From assembly GCA_050633305.1 (NCBI GenBank), contig JBOEGF010000012.1, forward strand, positions 98,385 through 162,384: 64,000 nt of DNA, written 5' to 3'. How positions within the stretch are numbered: the stretch's first letter is position 1; each line of letters begins with the position of its first letter. A model generated the notes under the pieces. It had not been told where the DNA came from and did no database searches. It saw only the letters and a list, made by a program, of their open reading frames with translations. Made by a program: the position numbers and the translations under genes. Source of the stretch: Nannocystales bacterium (GTDB lineage: Bacteria; Myxococcota_A; Polyangia; Nannocystales; Nannocystaceae). Of the stretch, positions 20,153 to 32,980 are shown piece after piece.

Positions 20153-21585
20153 TCAGCCGTGGGGCGGGACCGTGACGGAGTCCGCAACCCGCGAAAGCGA
20201 GCGTTCCATCTTCTCGTTCGCCCCGCATAACGCCCATGCCCAACCATTCTTCCCCAGACGCGGGTCGAGCTGCTCACCCATCCAAGTGGTGAGCAGCTCG
20301 GGCTGCACGGAGAGCATCGCGGTCGCGTCGGAGGCGAGCGCGCGAGGGATGTCCGACTCTGTGCTGGCGAGGTCCATGGCTTCGCTCCAAAGCGCGGTCC
20401 AGTCCTCTCCCTCGAGGCTGGCCTGAACCACTCGCGCTCCAAGCCACAGCTGCGCCGCGGTGAAAAGTCGCTGCGAGGGGGCGCGTGTTTTTCCGCCACC
20501 GGCAAGAGCCTCCACCAGACCTTGCGCCCGAGACTCGATGCTCTTCTCGCTGACCGCGGTGCTGATCGTGAACACCGACACGGGGCCGGAGATGGCGAGT
20601 CGTGCGTCCTGGGTCTCTGCGAGCAGGCGCTGGGCCAACCGCGCGTTGGCCCGGGCTTGCACGGTCGGAGTGCCGAGCCGGCAGGCCATGACCAGTTTCC
20701 CGCTGCCGCTGCCACCCTCGCTGGGAAGCAGCAGCGGTGCCCCGTCATCGGTCATGAGGTGTTGCGGGTTCTTGATCGGGCGAGCTGTCCACCGAAGTCG
20801 CGCCAAGCTCGACTCCAGAGCTTCGCGTCGTCCCTCACCGGTCCAGCCGGAGAACGCGGCCAGCAACGAGGGGAGCTCTTCGGGTGCTTGGGGCGCATGG
20901 ATGACCATCACGCATCGACGCGGGTCGAGAAGCTGGGTCCATGCGGCCGTGAGCTGGTCACCGGTTTGGAGCTCGGCTCGACTCGAGTCGACGCGTTGGG
21001 AATCGAGTGAGACGTCGAAGAGGGAGGCGACCGCGGCGGCGGTCGCAATCTCGAGCGTTGTGCGGGTCTTGGCATCCCGGGTCGCGCGGGCGCGGGCCTG
21101 CAGAAGCGACGCCGGCAATCCGCGGTTGTTCTTGGCGGTGCGTGCGAGCGGACGGGCGAGGGCAACCGCGATGCGTGGGAGGTCCGCGGCGGGGCCGGAG
21201 ACGGAGAGCTCGAGCCGTCCGGGGCGCCGGGTCTGTCGCAGCCGAGCGGGGACGCGGCCGAGGCCACGCCGGACAGCGTGACGGAGGGCACCCCCGACCG
21301 AGCGGACGGCGAGCGCCGCAAGTGGCTGACCGTCGGCATGGTCGGGCATCATCAGGCGCACGTGGGCTGTCGTCGCACCAGGGTCGCGTAGCCAGTACGT
21401 GAGCAGTCCAGAGTCGAGCGTGGCGCGAGCGGGCGCGGGCCAGGGAGGCGCGAGCTTGCCGAGGGCGTCCGCCCGTTCGGGGACCGGCGCTTCGTCCCAG
21501 ATCTCCGGAACGATGGGGTCCTTGTTGCGCTTGCACGCGGCGACGAGCGCGGCGATGCCGGCGAGAAGGGCGCGTCGTTGGGGAT

Positions 21586-21589
<4 letters not shown>
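20153..21589 (-). CDS. M16 (insulinase)-like lipoprotein, non-catalytic
   Basis: RR-containing signal with lipobox VAAC; TLDSGL N-terminal M16 strand; no HxxEH; GTGA-coupled to upstream gene. Confidence 0.6.
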
Positions 21590-24401
<2,812 letters not shown>

Positions 24402-24462
24402 TCAATGTGCAGCACTGCGGCTGTTGACGCCGCGTCGCAGGGGCCCGTACGGTGCGTGAACC

Positions 24463-25773
24463 ATGCGCGAGGTCGTCATCGGCTTGCTCGGGGCCGGCAA
24501 CGTGGGGGGCGGCGTAGCGCGCATCCTCCAGGAAAACCAGGCTGACATCGAACGGCGCCTGGGCGCCTCGGTCCGGGTCAAGAAGATCCTCGTCCGGGAC
24601 CTCGAGCGAGCTCGCGACGCCACGATGCCGCGGGCGCTGCTGACGACCGACCCCCGAGAGGTCCTCGAGGACCCGGAGATCCGGATCGTTGTCGAGCTGA
24701 TGGGAGGCATCGAGCCGGCCCTGACGATGGTTCTCGAAGCGCTCTCGCGCAGCAAACACGTGGTGACCGCCAACAAGGCGTTGATGGCCACCCACGGCAA
24801 GGTGTTGTTCGCCGAGGCCCAGCGGCGCGGGGTCGCGATCAACTTCGAAGCAGCCGTCGCTGGAGGCATTCCGATCCTCCGAGCGCTTCGTGAAGGCTTG
24901 GCCAGTGACCGCATCGAGCGCATCACCGGGATCGTCAACGGCACGTGCAACTACATCCTCGACGCGATGAGTCGCACGGGCGCGGCCTATGCCGACGCCC
25001 TGAAAGAGGCCCAGGCCGCTGGGTTTGCGGAGGCAGACCCAACGCTCGATGTCGGGGGAGGCGACGCGGCTCAGAAACTGAGTCTCCTGACATTGCTCGC
25101 CTTCGGTCTCCGTGTGGACCCGTCCGCGATAGCGACCGAGGGCATCACCCGGGTCCGGTCCTTCGACATCGCGGCCGCGGATGCCCTTGGCTACGTCTTC
25201 AAGAGCTTGGCCGAGGCACGCCAGACGCCCGAGGGTCCGGCGCTGTCCGTCCATCCGGTGCTCGTGCCCAAACAACACATCCTCGCGACCGTCCGCGGTT
25301 CATACAACGCGGTGTTGGTCGAGTCGCGTGCGATGGGCCGCAGCCTCTATCACGGCCGCGGTGCGGGTCCGATGCCCACGGGGATGGCGGTGGTCTCCGA
25401 CATCATCGAGTTGTGTCGGCACATCTTCGCGTTCGATGCTGGCCGCCCACCGCCTGAAGCGTTCAGCACGGTCGTTGAAGCGGCGCCCCGGTCCAGCTCC
25501 GATGAAGCGCACGAGAACTACCTCTGCGTGCATGTCACCAACGTCCCGGGTGTTCTGGGGCGCGTCGCGTCGTGTCTGGGTCGGCACGGGGTCAGCGTCA
25601 AACGGCTGGAGCAGGATCTGCGAGGTGCCGGGCAGGCCGTCGACATGGTCGTGGTGACCGAGCGTGTGCCCCAGGCCAAGGTTCGTGCCGCGATCGAGGA
25701 GATCGACGGGTTCGACGAGGTCACCGGTCCGACCCACAGGTTTCGGATCCGTGAGCCCGACACCATCGAGTAA
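24463..25773 (+). CDS. hom: Homoserine dehydrogenase with C-terminal ACT domain
   Basis: GAGNVG, VVTANK, FEAAVAGGIP, NGTCNYIL, AEADPTLDV. Confidence 0.96.
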   Translation: MREVVIGLLGAGNVGGGVARILQENQADIERRLGASVRVKKILVRDLERARDATMPRALLTTDPREVLEDPEIRIVVELMGGIEPALTMVLEALSRSKHVVTANKALMATHGKVLFAEAQRRGVAINFEAAVAGGIPILRALREGLASDRIERITGIVNGTCNYILDAMSRTGAAYADALKEAQAAGFAEADPTLDVGGGDAAQKLSLLTLLAFGLRVDPSAIATEGITRVRSFDIAAADALGYVFKSLAEARQTPEGPALSVHPVLVPKQHILATVRGSYNAVLVESRAMGRSLYHGRGAGPMPTGMAVVSDIIELCRHIFAFDAGRPPPEAFSTVVEAAPRSSSDEAHENYLCVHVTNVPGVLGRVASCLGRHGVSVKRLEQDLRGAGQAVDMVVVTERVPQAKVRAAIEEIDGFDEVTGPTHRFRIREPDTIE

Positions 25774-25778
25774 CGCGC

Positions 25779-26255
25779 ATGGCCAAACGAAAACGCCTCT
25801 GTCCCGACCTCGTCACCGAGTTGACGACCGTTGCCACGCCGCGCGTGTTGTTCGCGGACACGGACAAGATGGGCATCGTCTATCACGCGTCGTACCTCCG
25901 CTACCTGGAGATGGCGCGGGTGGAGTTCATTCGCCGGGGCGGCTCGCCGTACACGGAGCTCGAAGACCTGGGCTTCGGACTGCCGGTCTCCGAGCTCGCG
26001 CTGCACTACCAGGCGCCTGGGCTGTACGACGATCGCATGAGCTTGCAGGTGGGGCTGAGCCTGGTCACGCCGGTTCGAATTCACTTCGAATATCGGATCC
26101 GCGTGTTGGCCGGCGACCGCCGGGGTCTCGAGCACGACGTGGACTTGCTGCGTGCTCAAACGCGCCACGCGTGCGTGCGAGCACGCGACGGGCGTCCGCA
26201 ACCGCTCCCAGAGCGCTTCTACGAGTTGTTGCGTGCCGGCGTGACATCGCAGTGA
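25779..26255 (+). CDS. Acyl-CoA thioesterase (YbgC/4HBT family)
   Basis: ADTDKMGIVYHASYLRYLEMAR hotdog-fold motif. Confidence 0.9.
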   Translation: MAKRKRLCPDLVTELTTVATPRVLFADTDKMGIVYHASYLRYLEMARVEFIRRGGSPYTELEDLGFGLPVSELALHYQAPGLYDDRMSLQVGLSLVTPVRIHFEYRIRVLAGDRRGLEHDVDLLRAQTRHACVRARDGRPQPLPERFYELLRAGVTSQ

Positions 26256-26321
26256 GCCGGGGCACCTTCCCGGCGGGACCGCTTTCCTGCTACAAGGCGC
26301 CATCGTCGCTGGAGTTTTCTG

Positions 26322-27290
26322 ATGGATCGTACCCTCGTTCTCGAATTCGTCCGTGTCACTGAAGCCGCCGCAATCGCGTGCTCCCACCTCGTCGGCCGCG
26401 GGCAGAAAGACGCCGCTGACGCGCGTGCTGTCCAGGCCATGCGCCAGGCCTTCGATCGTGTATCGGTGCGAGGAACCGTGGTGATCGGTGAGGGAGAGCG
26501 GGATGAGGCGCCCATGCTCTACATCGGTGAGCAGGTGGGCCCCAAGGACGAGAGCCTCCCCGAGGTCGACATCGCCGTGGATCCGCTGGAGGGCACGAAC
26601 CTGTGCGCCGAGGGTGCTCCGGGGGCGCTGGCCGTCCTCGCGGTGGCTCAGCGCGGTGGGTTGCTCAACGCGCCGGACACCTACATGGAGAAGATCGCGA
26701 CCGGGCCGCTCGGGCACGGCGTCGTCTCGCTCAAGAAATCGCCGACCGAAAACGTCCGTGCGCTCGCCGAGGCCAAGGGATGCAAGGTCAGCGAAATCTC
26801 CGTCGTCGTGCTGGAGCGCGACCGACACGAAGCCCTCATCGGCGAGCTTCGGGGTGCTGGAGCGCGCGTGTTCCTGATCTCCGATGGCGATGTCGCCCCC
26901 GCCGTCGCGACCTGCATGCCCGAGAGCTCCATCGACATGGTCTACGGCACCGGCGGAGCCCCGGAGGGGGTCCTGGCCGCCGCGGCGCTCAAGTGCATGG
27001 GCGGCTGCTTCCATGGCCGACTTCGCTTCCGCAACGATGGCGAGCGTGAGCGCGCGATCAAGATGGGCATGTCGGACCCCGACGCCTACCTCGAGATGTC
27101 GGACCTGGTCAGCGGTGAGGTCATCTTCTGCGCCACCGGAGTGACCTCCGGCCCCATGCTCAAAGGGGTTCGTCGCATCGGAGACCGACTGCACCTGCAG
27201 ACGCTTTCGATGCGCTCCTCGACCGGCACCATTCGCACCGTCGACTCAGTCGTCAGCGCGGCGCGGTTCTCCGAGCTGTACGCGGGGTAG
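26322..27290 (+). CDS. glpX: Class II fructose-1,6-bisphosphatase
   Basis: VTEAAA, GEGERDEAPML, DPLEGT, DGDV, GGAPEGV, ATGVT. Confidence 0.97.
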   Translation: MDRTLVLEFVRVTEAAAIACSHLVGRGQKDAADARAVQAMRQAFDRVSVRGTVVIGEGERDEAPMLYIGEQVGPKDESLPEVDIAVDPLEGTNLCAEGAPGALAVLAVAQRGGLLNAPDTYMEKIATGPLGHGVVSLKKSPTENVRALAEAKGCKVSEISVVVLERDRHEALIGELRGAGARVFLISDGDVAPAVATCMPESSIDMVYGTGGAPEGVLAAAALKCMGGCFHGRLRFRNDGERERAIKMGMSDPDAYLEMSDLVSGEVIFCATGVTSGPMLKGVRRIGDRLHLQTLSMRSSTGTIRTVDSVVSAARFSELYAG

Positions 27291-27381
27291 GCCTCACGCC
27301 CGCTTGAGGGCCGCGCCGGGCTTCTACGCGACCTCCTCCCTTCGGGGGGCGAACCCGCAGGAGATGGCGGACCCCGCGGTC

Positions 27382-27960
27382 CTACGGCCAGTTGTCCTCT
27401 TCGAGTTCGACGCCGAGCCCGTCCACCACCCGGTTGACGTACGCGAAGTACGACACGACTTGGTTCGCGTCGAGGATCTCAGCATCGCTCATGCCTGCAT
27501 CACGCATCGGCTGCAGGTGCGTCCGCTTCATCTCGGCGGGACGATGTGTGAGGGCCATGGCGTACTCGAGCATCGCCCGCTCGCGGGGCGTCGCCGTTTC
27601 GGGGGACGGACCCTCGCCACGGCCAAAAGCTTCGACCGCGTCCATGATCGCGGTCGCGTTCTCGGGGAGCGTTCGCGCCAGACCGGCGCGATGATGTCGG
27701 ACTCAATAGTGGCAGGCATTGGCCGCCGAGACCGCGACGGCCAGCATCTCGCGCTCCCGCCGAGACAAGCCGCGAGGAGCGTGCATGACGGCGCCGTAGA
27801 GTTTGAGGTGCCCATCGAGCGTCGGCGGTCGCAAGCTGTGAATCTGGATCACATTGTCGACGCGCTGGGTGTGCGGGTCGACCGCGGCCTTGTACAGCCG
27901 TGCGAGCCGTCCACCGGCTTCCATCACTTCGTCTTCGTCGAGAACTTCGATCCAGGGCAT
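27382..27960 (-). CDS. AhpD/CMD-family peroxidase-related protein, probable selenoprotein (CxxU, in-frame UGA at 27703-27705)
   Basis: Track ORFs 27703.. and ..27645 are in one frame: ...LSRREREMLAVAVSAANACHY-UGA-VRHH...SYFAYVNRVVDGLG; SECIS-like hairpin follows the UGA. Confidence 0.85.
27673..27691 (-). promoter_or_regulatory. Bacterial SECIS element
   Basis: mRNA UCGCGCC-GGUCU-GGCGCGA, a 7-bp perfect stem starting 11 nt after UGA; GGUCUG apex as in E. coli fdhF SECIS. Confidence 0.75.
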
Positions 27961-27965
27961 GGCGT

Positions 27966-28700
27966 CTACAGGTTCTGTGCCGTCAGGTCGTCGAACCAGG
28001 TCGCGGCATCGGCCTTGGTCCACAAGCCAATACGCCCGGCGGCCTTCAACGTTTCGTCCTCCGCCACAAGAACCGACTGCTCGTCCATGAATAGTTCCAT
28101 TCGTGTGCCCTCGACGATGACCCGCATCGTGTGCCACTGGCTTGCATCGAGGTCGAGCTCGGCGGCCTTGAACGCACTGCGTTGCTCACCGACGACCACG
28201 TAGAACCGAACGTTCTTCTCCAGGGGGTTCCACCGCGCGATGTAGTAGTCCGTCGCGCCCTGGGCCCGGAAGACGACACCACCTCCTTGGTCCCCGGTGC
28301 CGGAGTCGGCTTTGAGGGAGACGGTGAGCTCGACGTCGGCCGCCTGGAAGCCTGGCGCGAGCGCGACGTTGTACGTCTGGCCCGTGTTCGCGGTGCTCAG
28401 AACCCCGAATCCCTTGCCTCCCGAAGGCGCGGTGGAGTCCTCGACCACCCCCCATTTCGCGGGGGTGCCCGCCGCAGCGGTCTCGAGTAGCTCAAAACCT
28501 CGCGGTGTCGAGCCCGCCGCGCCGCCGTCGAAGGCCCAGCGTTCGAGCGGACTCCCCGTCTTGGGATCGGCCTTCACAGCGGCCTTCGATTCATCGGCGG
28601 AAGCGGGCGGGGAGGCTTCCTGCTTCGGCTTGGTGGGTGTCGCATCCTGGGCGTCGCAACCGAAGGCGACGAGCAGCAAAACGAGGGAAATCGTGCGCAC
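27966..28700 (-). CDS. Lipoprotein with DUF1080/3-keto-disaccharide hydrolase-like (LamG-type) domain
   Basis: Lipobox AFGC; GGGVVFR...YY...WHTMRV...GRIGLWTKAD...FDD. Confidence 0.75.
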   Translation of the reverse strand: MRTISLVLLLVAFGCDAQDATPTKPKQEASPPASADESKAAVKADPKTGSPLERWAFDGGAAGSTPRGFELLETAAAGTPAKWGVVEDSTAPSGGKGFGVLSTANTGQTYNVALAPGFQAADVELTVSLKADSGTGDQGGGVVFRAQGATDYYIARWNPLEKNVRFYVVVGEQRSAFKAAELDLDASQWHTMRVIVEGTRMELFMDEQSVLVAEDETLKAAGRIGLWTKADAATWFDDLTAQNL

Positions 28701-28811
28701 GGCCAGATGGTACCTCCGATGGAAATGCGTGGACCAGCAGCCCCGGCCACGGCGATGTTTCGGCCGAAGCTGCTCCCGACCGCCGGTCGCGTCGACTGCT
28801 AGGATCGGCGC

Positions 28812-29696
28812 GTGGAAGGGCTGAGACTGGGGATCGATCTCGGAGGGACGAAGACCGAGATCGTGGCTCTGGAGGGCGCGGAGCAACGGTGGCGGAAACG
28901 CGTCCCCACACCGAGCGACGACTACGATGCGATCATCTCCGCGATTGTGGACTTGCATCGCGAGGCGACGCAGGCGTTGGGTGTCGGTGGAACGCTCGGG
29001 ATCGGGACGCCGGGCTCTGTCTCGCCGAAGACGGGCCTGATGCGTAACTGCAACACGCAGGTTCTCAATGGAAGACCCCTGCGTGCGGACGTGGAGGCGG
29101 CCCTCGGCCGGGAGGTTCGGTTGGCCAACGATGCGAACTGCTTTGCGTTGTCCGAGGCGACGGATGGGGCCGGGGCAGGGGCGGCCGTGGTGTTCGGGGT
29201 CATCTTGGGTACTGGGGTGGGCGGGGGTCTCGTCGTCGATGGACGGTTGCTCGAGGGACACAACGGCATCGCAGGGGAGTGGGGTCACAGCCCTTGTCCT
29301 CGCGGACCGGACGAACTCGGGCCGGGTCCCTTGTGTTACTGCGGCCGCCGCGGGTGCGTCGAAACCCTGCTCAGCGGACCTGCCCTGGCGGCTGAGCATC
29401 AGCGAGAGTTTGGGGGGGACGCGAGCGCGGCGGAGCTTGTCGGGCTCGCGAGTGCGGCCCCGTTGTGGGAGCGCTACGAGGCTCGGCTGGCGCGAGCCCT
29501 TGGGACGGTCGTGAACCTTCTCGACCCCGACGTGATCGTGCTCGGCGGCGGGTTGTCGAACGTGGCGAGGTTGTACGAACATGTCCCGCCGTTGCTTGCG
29601 GAGCACGCCTTCTCAGACGTCTTCGACACGCCGATTCTCCCTGCGCAGCACGGTGACAGCAGCGGTGTCCGAGGCGCCGCGTGTCTTTGGCCGTGA
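28812..29696 (+). CDS. ROK family sugar kinase (Mak/fructokinase-like)
   Basis: GIDLGGTK, NDANCFALSE, GTGVGGG, GEWGH, CYCGRRGCVE, HGDSSGVRGAA. Confidence 0.93.
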   Translation: MEGLRLGIDLGGTKTEIVALEGAEQRWRKRVPTPSDDYDAIISAIVDLHREATQALGVGGTLGIGTPGSVSPKTGLMRNCNTQVLNGRPLRADVEAALGREVRLANDANCFALSEATDGAGAGAAVVFGVILGTGVGGGLVVDGRLLEGHNGIAGEWGHSPCPRGPDELGPGPLCYCGRRGCVETLLSGPALAAEHQREFGGDASAAELVGLASAAPLWERYEARLARALGTVVNLLDPDVIVLGGGLSNVARLYEHVPPLLAEHAFSDVFDTPILPAQHGDSSGVRGAACLWP

Positions 29697-29699
29697 GAC

Positions 29700-30926
29700 T
29701 CAGTGGCGGCGGCGACGTCGGATGCCCAACAAGCCGAGGAACAGCAGCAGGCTGAGCCCGCTGCCACGCCCGCCGACTGTGCACGTGCCCCCGGAGCGAC
29801 CGCCCGTGTCGCTCGCGGGTGCCGTGGTTTCGCCGGAGGTGCCCTCAGCCGCGGTGCCCGAGTCCGTGGTCCCAGCCGTCTGTGGGGTACCGGTGCCTGT
29901 GTCGCTGGCGGAGGACCCGCCCGTGCTGCTGTCGCCACCGCATCCGGGGTTTCCGATGATGCTTCCCCCGGTCTCGTCGCAGCCTCCCGAGCTCCCGGGC
30001 AAGACAATCACCAGCTGCGTCATATGGGCCTCGTACGAGCGGCCCGCGGGGTCTGTGGCGGTGACGCGGATCAGGAGCGTCTCGGTGGCGTAGTCGTCTC
30101 CGGGGACGAAGTCGAGGGTGAACGCTTCTTCGTCCACCGGGACGTTCTCTGCGAAGGAGATCCAGGTCGGCTGCCAGTCGAGCTCGCCACCTTGAGGTGT
30201 GACGGCAAACTCCGCGGTCAAGGTTGTGCCTTCGGCACCCGCGACACAGCCTTCGATGGCGGCCGCGTCGTTGGCGTAGACGATGATCTCGCCGCTGGTG
30301 ACGACCGCCGCTGGGCCCACCTCGTCGGGGTCGCCGTCGTGCACCACCAAGACGTTGCCCGTTCGCTGGCTCCAAATGTTGAACGCGGGCTCCCAGGTGT
30401 AGCCCCACAGGATGTACGCGCCCGCGTTGGCCGAGGAGGTGTCCCACTCGATAGGCTCCGCAACGCTCTCCCAGGAGATCGGCCGCCGCGCGTCGTCGGG
30501 GGTGATCCGAACGAAGTGGTCCGACCAGATTGGGCTGGTCTCCATGGTCTCGTCGGCGCCGACGGTGGTGTCGGCGATTAGCTCCTTGTCGAGCGCGGCC
30601 TGGACGTCCTCCGGGGAGAGCCACAGGTGCGGGTACTCGGATTGCGGATTCCCCTGTCTGGACAGCGCGATGAACTGATGTCGACGAGAGTCGGAGACCT
30701 CGTCGGGCAGGAGTTCTTCACCCGGACTGGGGTCTTCGTCGGGGATGTTGTACGAGAAGCTGTAGACCGGATCTGCGGACCGGTCGACGAACTCGACGCA
30801 CCCGACGGGGGACTCCCACATGACCGGTAGGCGTGGCTTGATGCCGTTCTCCGCAGCCGCCGTGCCCGGCAATAGTGCCGGCGCAAAAAGCGCAGTTGCG
30901 AGCACGAGGCGGTTCGTCCAGACCAT
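29700..30926 (-). CDS. Secreted acidic protein with MYXO-CTERM-like sorting signal
   Basis: Signal peptide; C-terminus GGTCTVGG...LLLFLGLLGIRRRRRH. Confidence 0.8.
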   Translation of the reverse strand: MVWTNRLVLATALFAPALLPGTAAAENGIKPRLPVMWESPVGCVEFVDRSADPVYSFSYNIPDEDPSPGEELLPDEVSDSRRHQFIALSRQGNPQSEYPHLWLSPEDVQAALDKELIADTTVGADETMETSPIWSDHFVRITPDDARRPISWESVAEPIEWDTSSANAGAYILWGYTWEPAFNIWSQRTGNVLVVHDGDPDEVGPAAVVTSGEIIVYANDAAAIEGCVAGAEGTTLTAEFAVTPQGGELDWQPTWISFAENVPVDEEAFTLDFVPGDDYATETLLIRVTATDPAGRSYEAHMTQLVIVLPGSSGGCDETGGSIIGNPGCGGDSSTGGSSASDTGTGTPQTAGTTDSGTAAEGTSGETTAPASDTGGRSGGTCTVGGRGSGLSLLLFLGLLGIRRRRRH

Positions 30927-30960
30927 ACCGACAAGTGTGGGCGCGGTCGCCGACACGCAC

Positions 30961-30989
30961 AAGGCCCCCGCGGATTCCCGCGGAGGCCC
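30961..30989 (-). terminator. GC-rich hairpin after lipoprotein gene
   Basis: GGCCTCCGCGG-GAAT-CCGCGGGGGCC-TTGT on minus strand. Confidence 0.45.
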
Positions 30990-31015
30990 TGGGTGTTACG
31001 CCGTGGCGGTTGAGC

Positions 31016-31696
31016 TCAGCCGGCGGATGCGCCGCCTGCGAATGCTGCGGTCAGCTTCGCGAGGGCCTCGGCGCCCAGCTTCGGGACGCCCATGACGGTG
31101 GCTTTCGCGTCGCTGATCGACGCCTTGATGTCGGCGTCGAACTTGATGACGAGGTCGAGCTCGCCCTGCAGTTCGGCCTTCTTGTCCGCCTTGAGCAGCG
31201 GGTTGGCCATCTTCGCCTGAATGGAGGCGGTCATCTTGGTGACGATGCCCGCCGCTTTGACGCCCAACTCGGCGAGGTTGGCGGTGGCGGTCTTGGCTCG
31301 GGCTGGCGTCTCTTTGAGGCCTTCGCCGATGCCCGCGATCGTCCCCAGCATGGTCTCGATCTCGGCCTTGGCATCTCCGTCGATGTCGGCGCTGAACTCG
31401 ACCGTTCCGCCGTCGAACTTGGCGCTCGCCATCGCGGTGAGATCCGTGGCGTTCATGCCATAGCGGGTGGGGATGGAGGTGAGCTGGTCAACGACGACGT
31501 CGACATCGGTGATGGGCTGCAGCACCAGATCGATTTCGGCTTGGATTTTTTCGGGGATGGCCTGCAACTCGGCCATCGGGTCCCCGTCTTCTTGGGCAGC
31601 TTCATCCGGGGAATCCGTTCCCTTGTCTTTCTTGGCGCAGCCCAGAGGTGCGAAGGCGAGGGATCCGAGGACGGCAAACGTGATGAGGCGTTTCAT
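31016..31696 (-). CDS. Alpha-helical hypothetical lipoprotein
   Basis: Lipobox PLGC; Ala/Lys-rich helical sequence, strongly biased codons. Confidence 0.85.
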   Translation of the reverse strand: MKRLITFAVLGSLAFAPLGCAKKDKGTDSPDEAAQEDGDPMAELQAIPEKIQAEIDLVLQPITDVDVVVDQLTSIPTRYGMNATDLTAMASAKFDGGTVEFSADIDGDAKAEIETMLGTIAGIGEGLKETPARAKTATANLAELGVKAAGIVTKMTASIQAKMANPLLKADKKAELQGELDLVIKFDADIKASISDAKATVMGVPKLGAEALAKLTAAFAGGASAG

Positions 31697-31913
31697 GGCG
31701 GTGACTTCTTACTGATCTGTGAAGAGGTTGTGTGGTCGTGGGCGCACGTTGCGGGGTCGTCTGCGTGCGGAGGTCCGCCGTCCCATCGTCGTGCGAGGGA
31801 CCGTGGATCCGGTGCGTCGAGCGCGTCCGTGCTGGTTGTCGTGTCGCGAGAGAAAACCTCCCGCTTCGCTAGGGGAGACGAGGCGAAGGGCCCCCGGTTG
31901 CGGACCACCCATG

Positions 31914-31942
31914 AAAAGAGCCCGTGCGGGAACACGGGCTCT
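31914..31942 (-). terminator. Intrinsic terminator after lgt
   Basis: GAGCCCGTG-TTCCCG-CACGGGCTC-TTTT on minus strand. Confidence 0.75.
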
Positions 31943-31965
31943 GCAATGCGACGAAGTCTGCAACC

Positions 31966-32931
31966 TCAGGCGCGAGCTCCGTCACCCCCTGCGTCGTCGG
32001 TGTCGGTGTCGTCTTCGGCGTCGTCCTCGTCGCCTTGGCTGTCCTCGTCCTTGGAGCCCGAGGCGGCAGCCTTCTCGGCCGCGATGCGCTCAGAGTCTTT
32101 GGCGTAGTCCATCTCGCCGGGCTTCTCACGCCGCACGAACAGCAGCCACAGACCTGCGAGGAAGAACGTGACCGTGAACCACTGCGCTGGGGTCAGGCCG
32201 ACATATCGAGCGTCGGGCGTGCCAATGACGCCCATCGCCGCTTCGTCGGCCCGTGCGAAGTCGAGCAGGAACCGGTACGGCGCGTACACAGTGGCGACGA
32301 GTCCTACCAGCCAGCCCGGACGCTTGTTCCGCCAGTCGACCACGAAGTAGATCGTGGACGCCAGCGTCACGATGAAAAAGAGCTCGAGCAGTCCGAGGTC
32401 GTAGCGAAAGGACCCATCGGGCCAAGGACCCACGGCGAGCAATGTGCCCTCTTCGACCACCCGCCCGGGGTGGTCGTGAACCACCGAACAACCGGCTCGA
32501 CCAAAGCACCAGCCCAGCATCAAGCCGAAGATCGACGCGTCGGCGAACACCATGATCGGCTGCTTCTTCATCTTGAGATAAACCATCATCCCGATGAAGG
32601 CGCCGAAGAAGCCGCCGACGCTGGAGAGGCCGTTCCAGACCTTGAGCAAGACCCACGGGTCGTCGGCGATCTGGTCGGGGAAGTAGAAAACCACCGAGAC
32701 CCAGTGCGAGATCACGAACGCGGTGACCAACACCCAGAACATGTAGTCGCGGAACAGGACCTCATCGATGTCCTTCGCCTTCGCGTACTTGAGGCACTGG
32801 CGCCAGCCGAGGATGACGCCGGTGGCGACCAGCGGCCCGAACGGCTGCAGCTTGAGCTCCCCGAACACGGGGATGTCTTCAAGCAGCGTGTACGTCGGGA
32901 TCTCAATGTAGGGGATGAGCGCCTCGAGCAT
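31966..32931 (-). CDS. lgt: Prolipoprotein diacylglyceryl transferase (divergent type)
   Basis: VWNGLSSVGG, FGRAGC...HDHPG, YRFLLDF, GLTPAQW; acidic tail. Confidence 0.8.
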   Translation of the reverse strand: MLEALIPYIEIPTYTLLEDIPVFGELKLQPFGPLVATGVILGWRQCLKYAKAKDIDEVLFRDYMFWVLVTAFVISHWVSVVFYFPDQIADDPWVLLKVWNGLSSVGGFFGAFIGMMVYLKMKKQPIMVFADASIFGLMLGWCFGRAGCSVVHDHPGRVVEEGTLLAVGPWPDGSFRYDLGLLELFFIVTLASTIYFVVDWRNKRPGWLVGLVATVYAPYRFLLDFARADEAAMGVIGTPDARYVGLTPAQWFTVTFFLAGLWLLFVRREKPGEMDYAKDSERIAAEKAAASGSKDEDSQGDEDDAEDDTDTDDAGGDGARA

Positions 32932-32980
32932 GGGGTGGGCGAACCCTAGCCCAGGCGGCCTATCACGGCAAAACGGGTGC

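Noticed and set aside
27382..27960. Pseudogene or two-gene interpretation of the split peroxidase
   Set aside because: The stop falls exactly on the catalytic Cys position, both halves are intact and in frame, and a SECIS-like hairpin follows
31697..31913. Long leader upstream of the helical lipoprotein
   Set aside because: No recognisable riboswitch, repeat or convincing ORF
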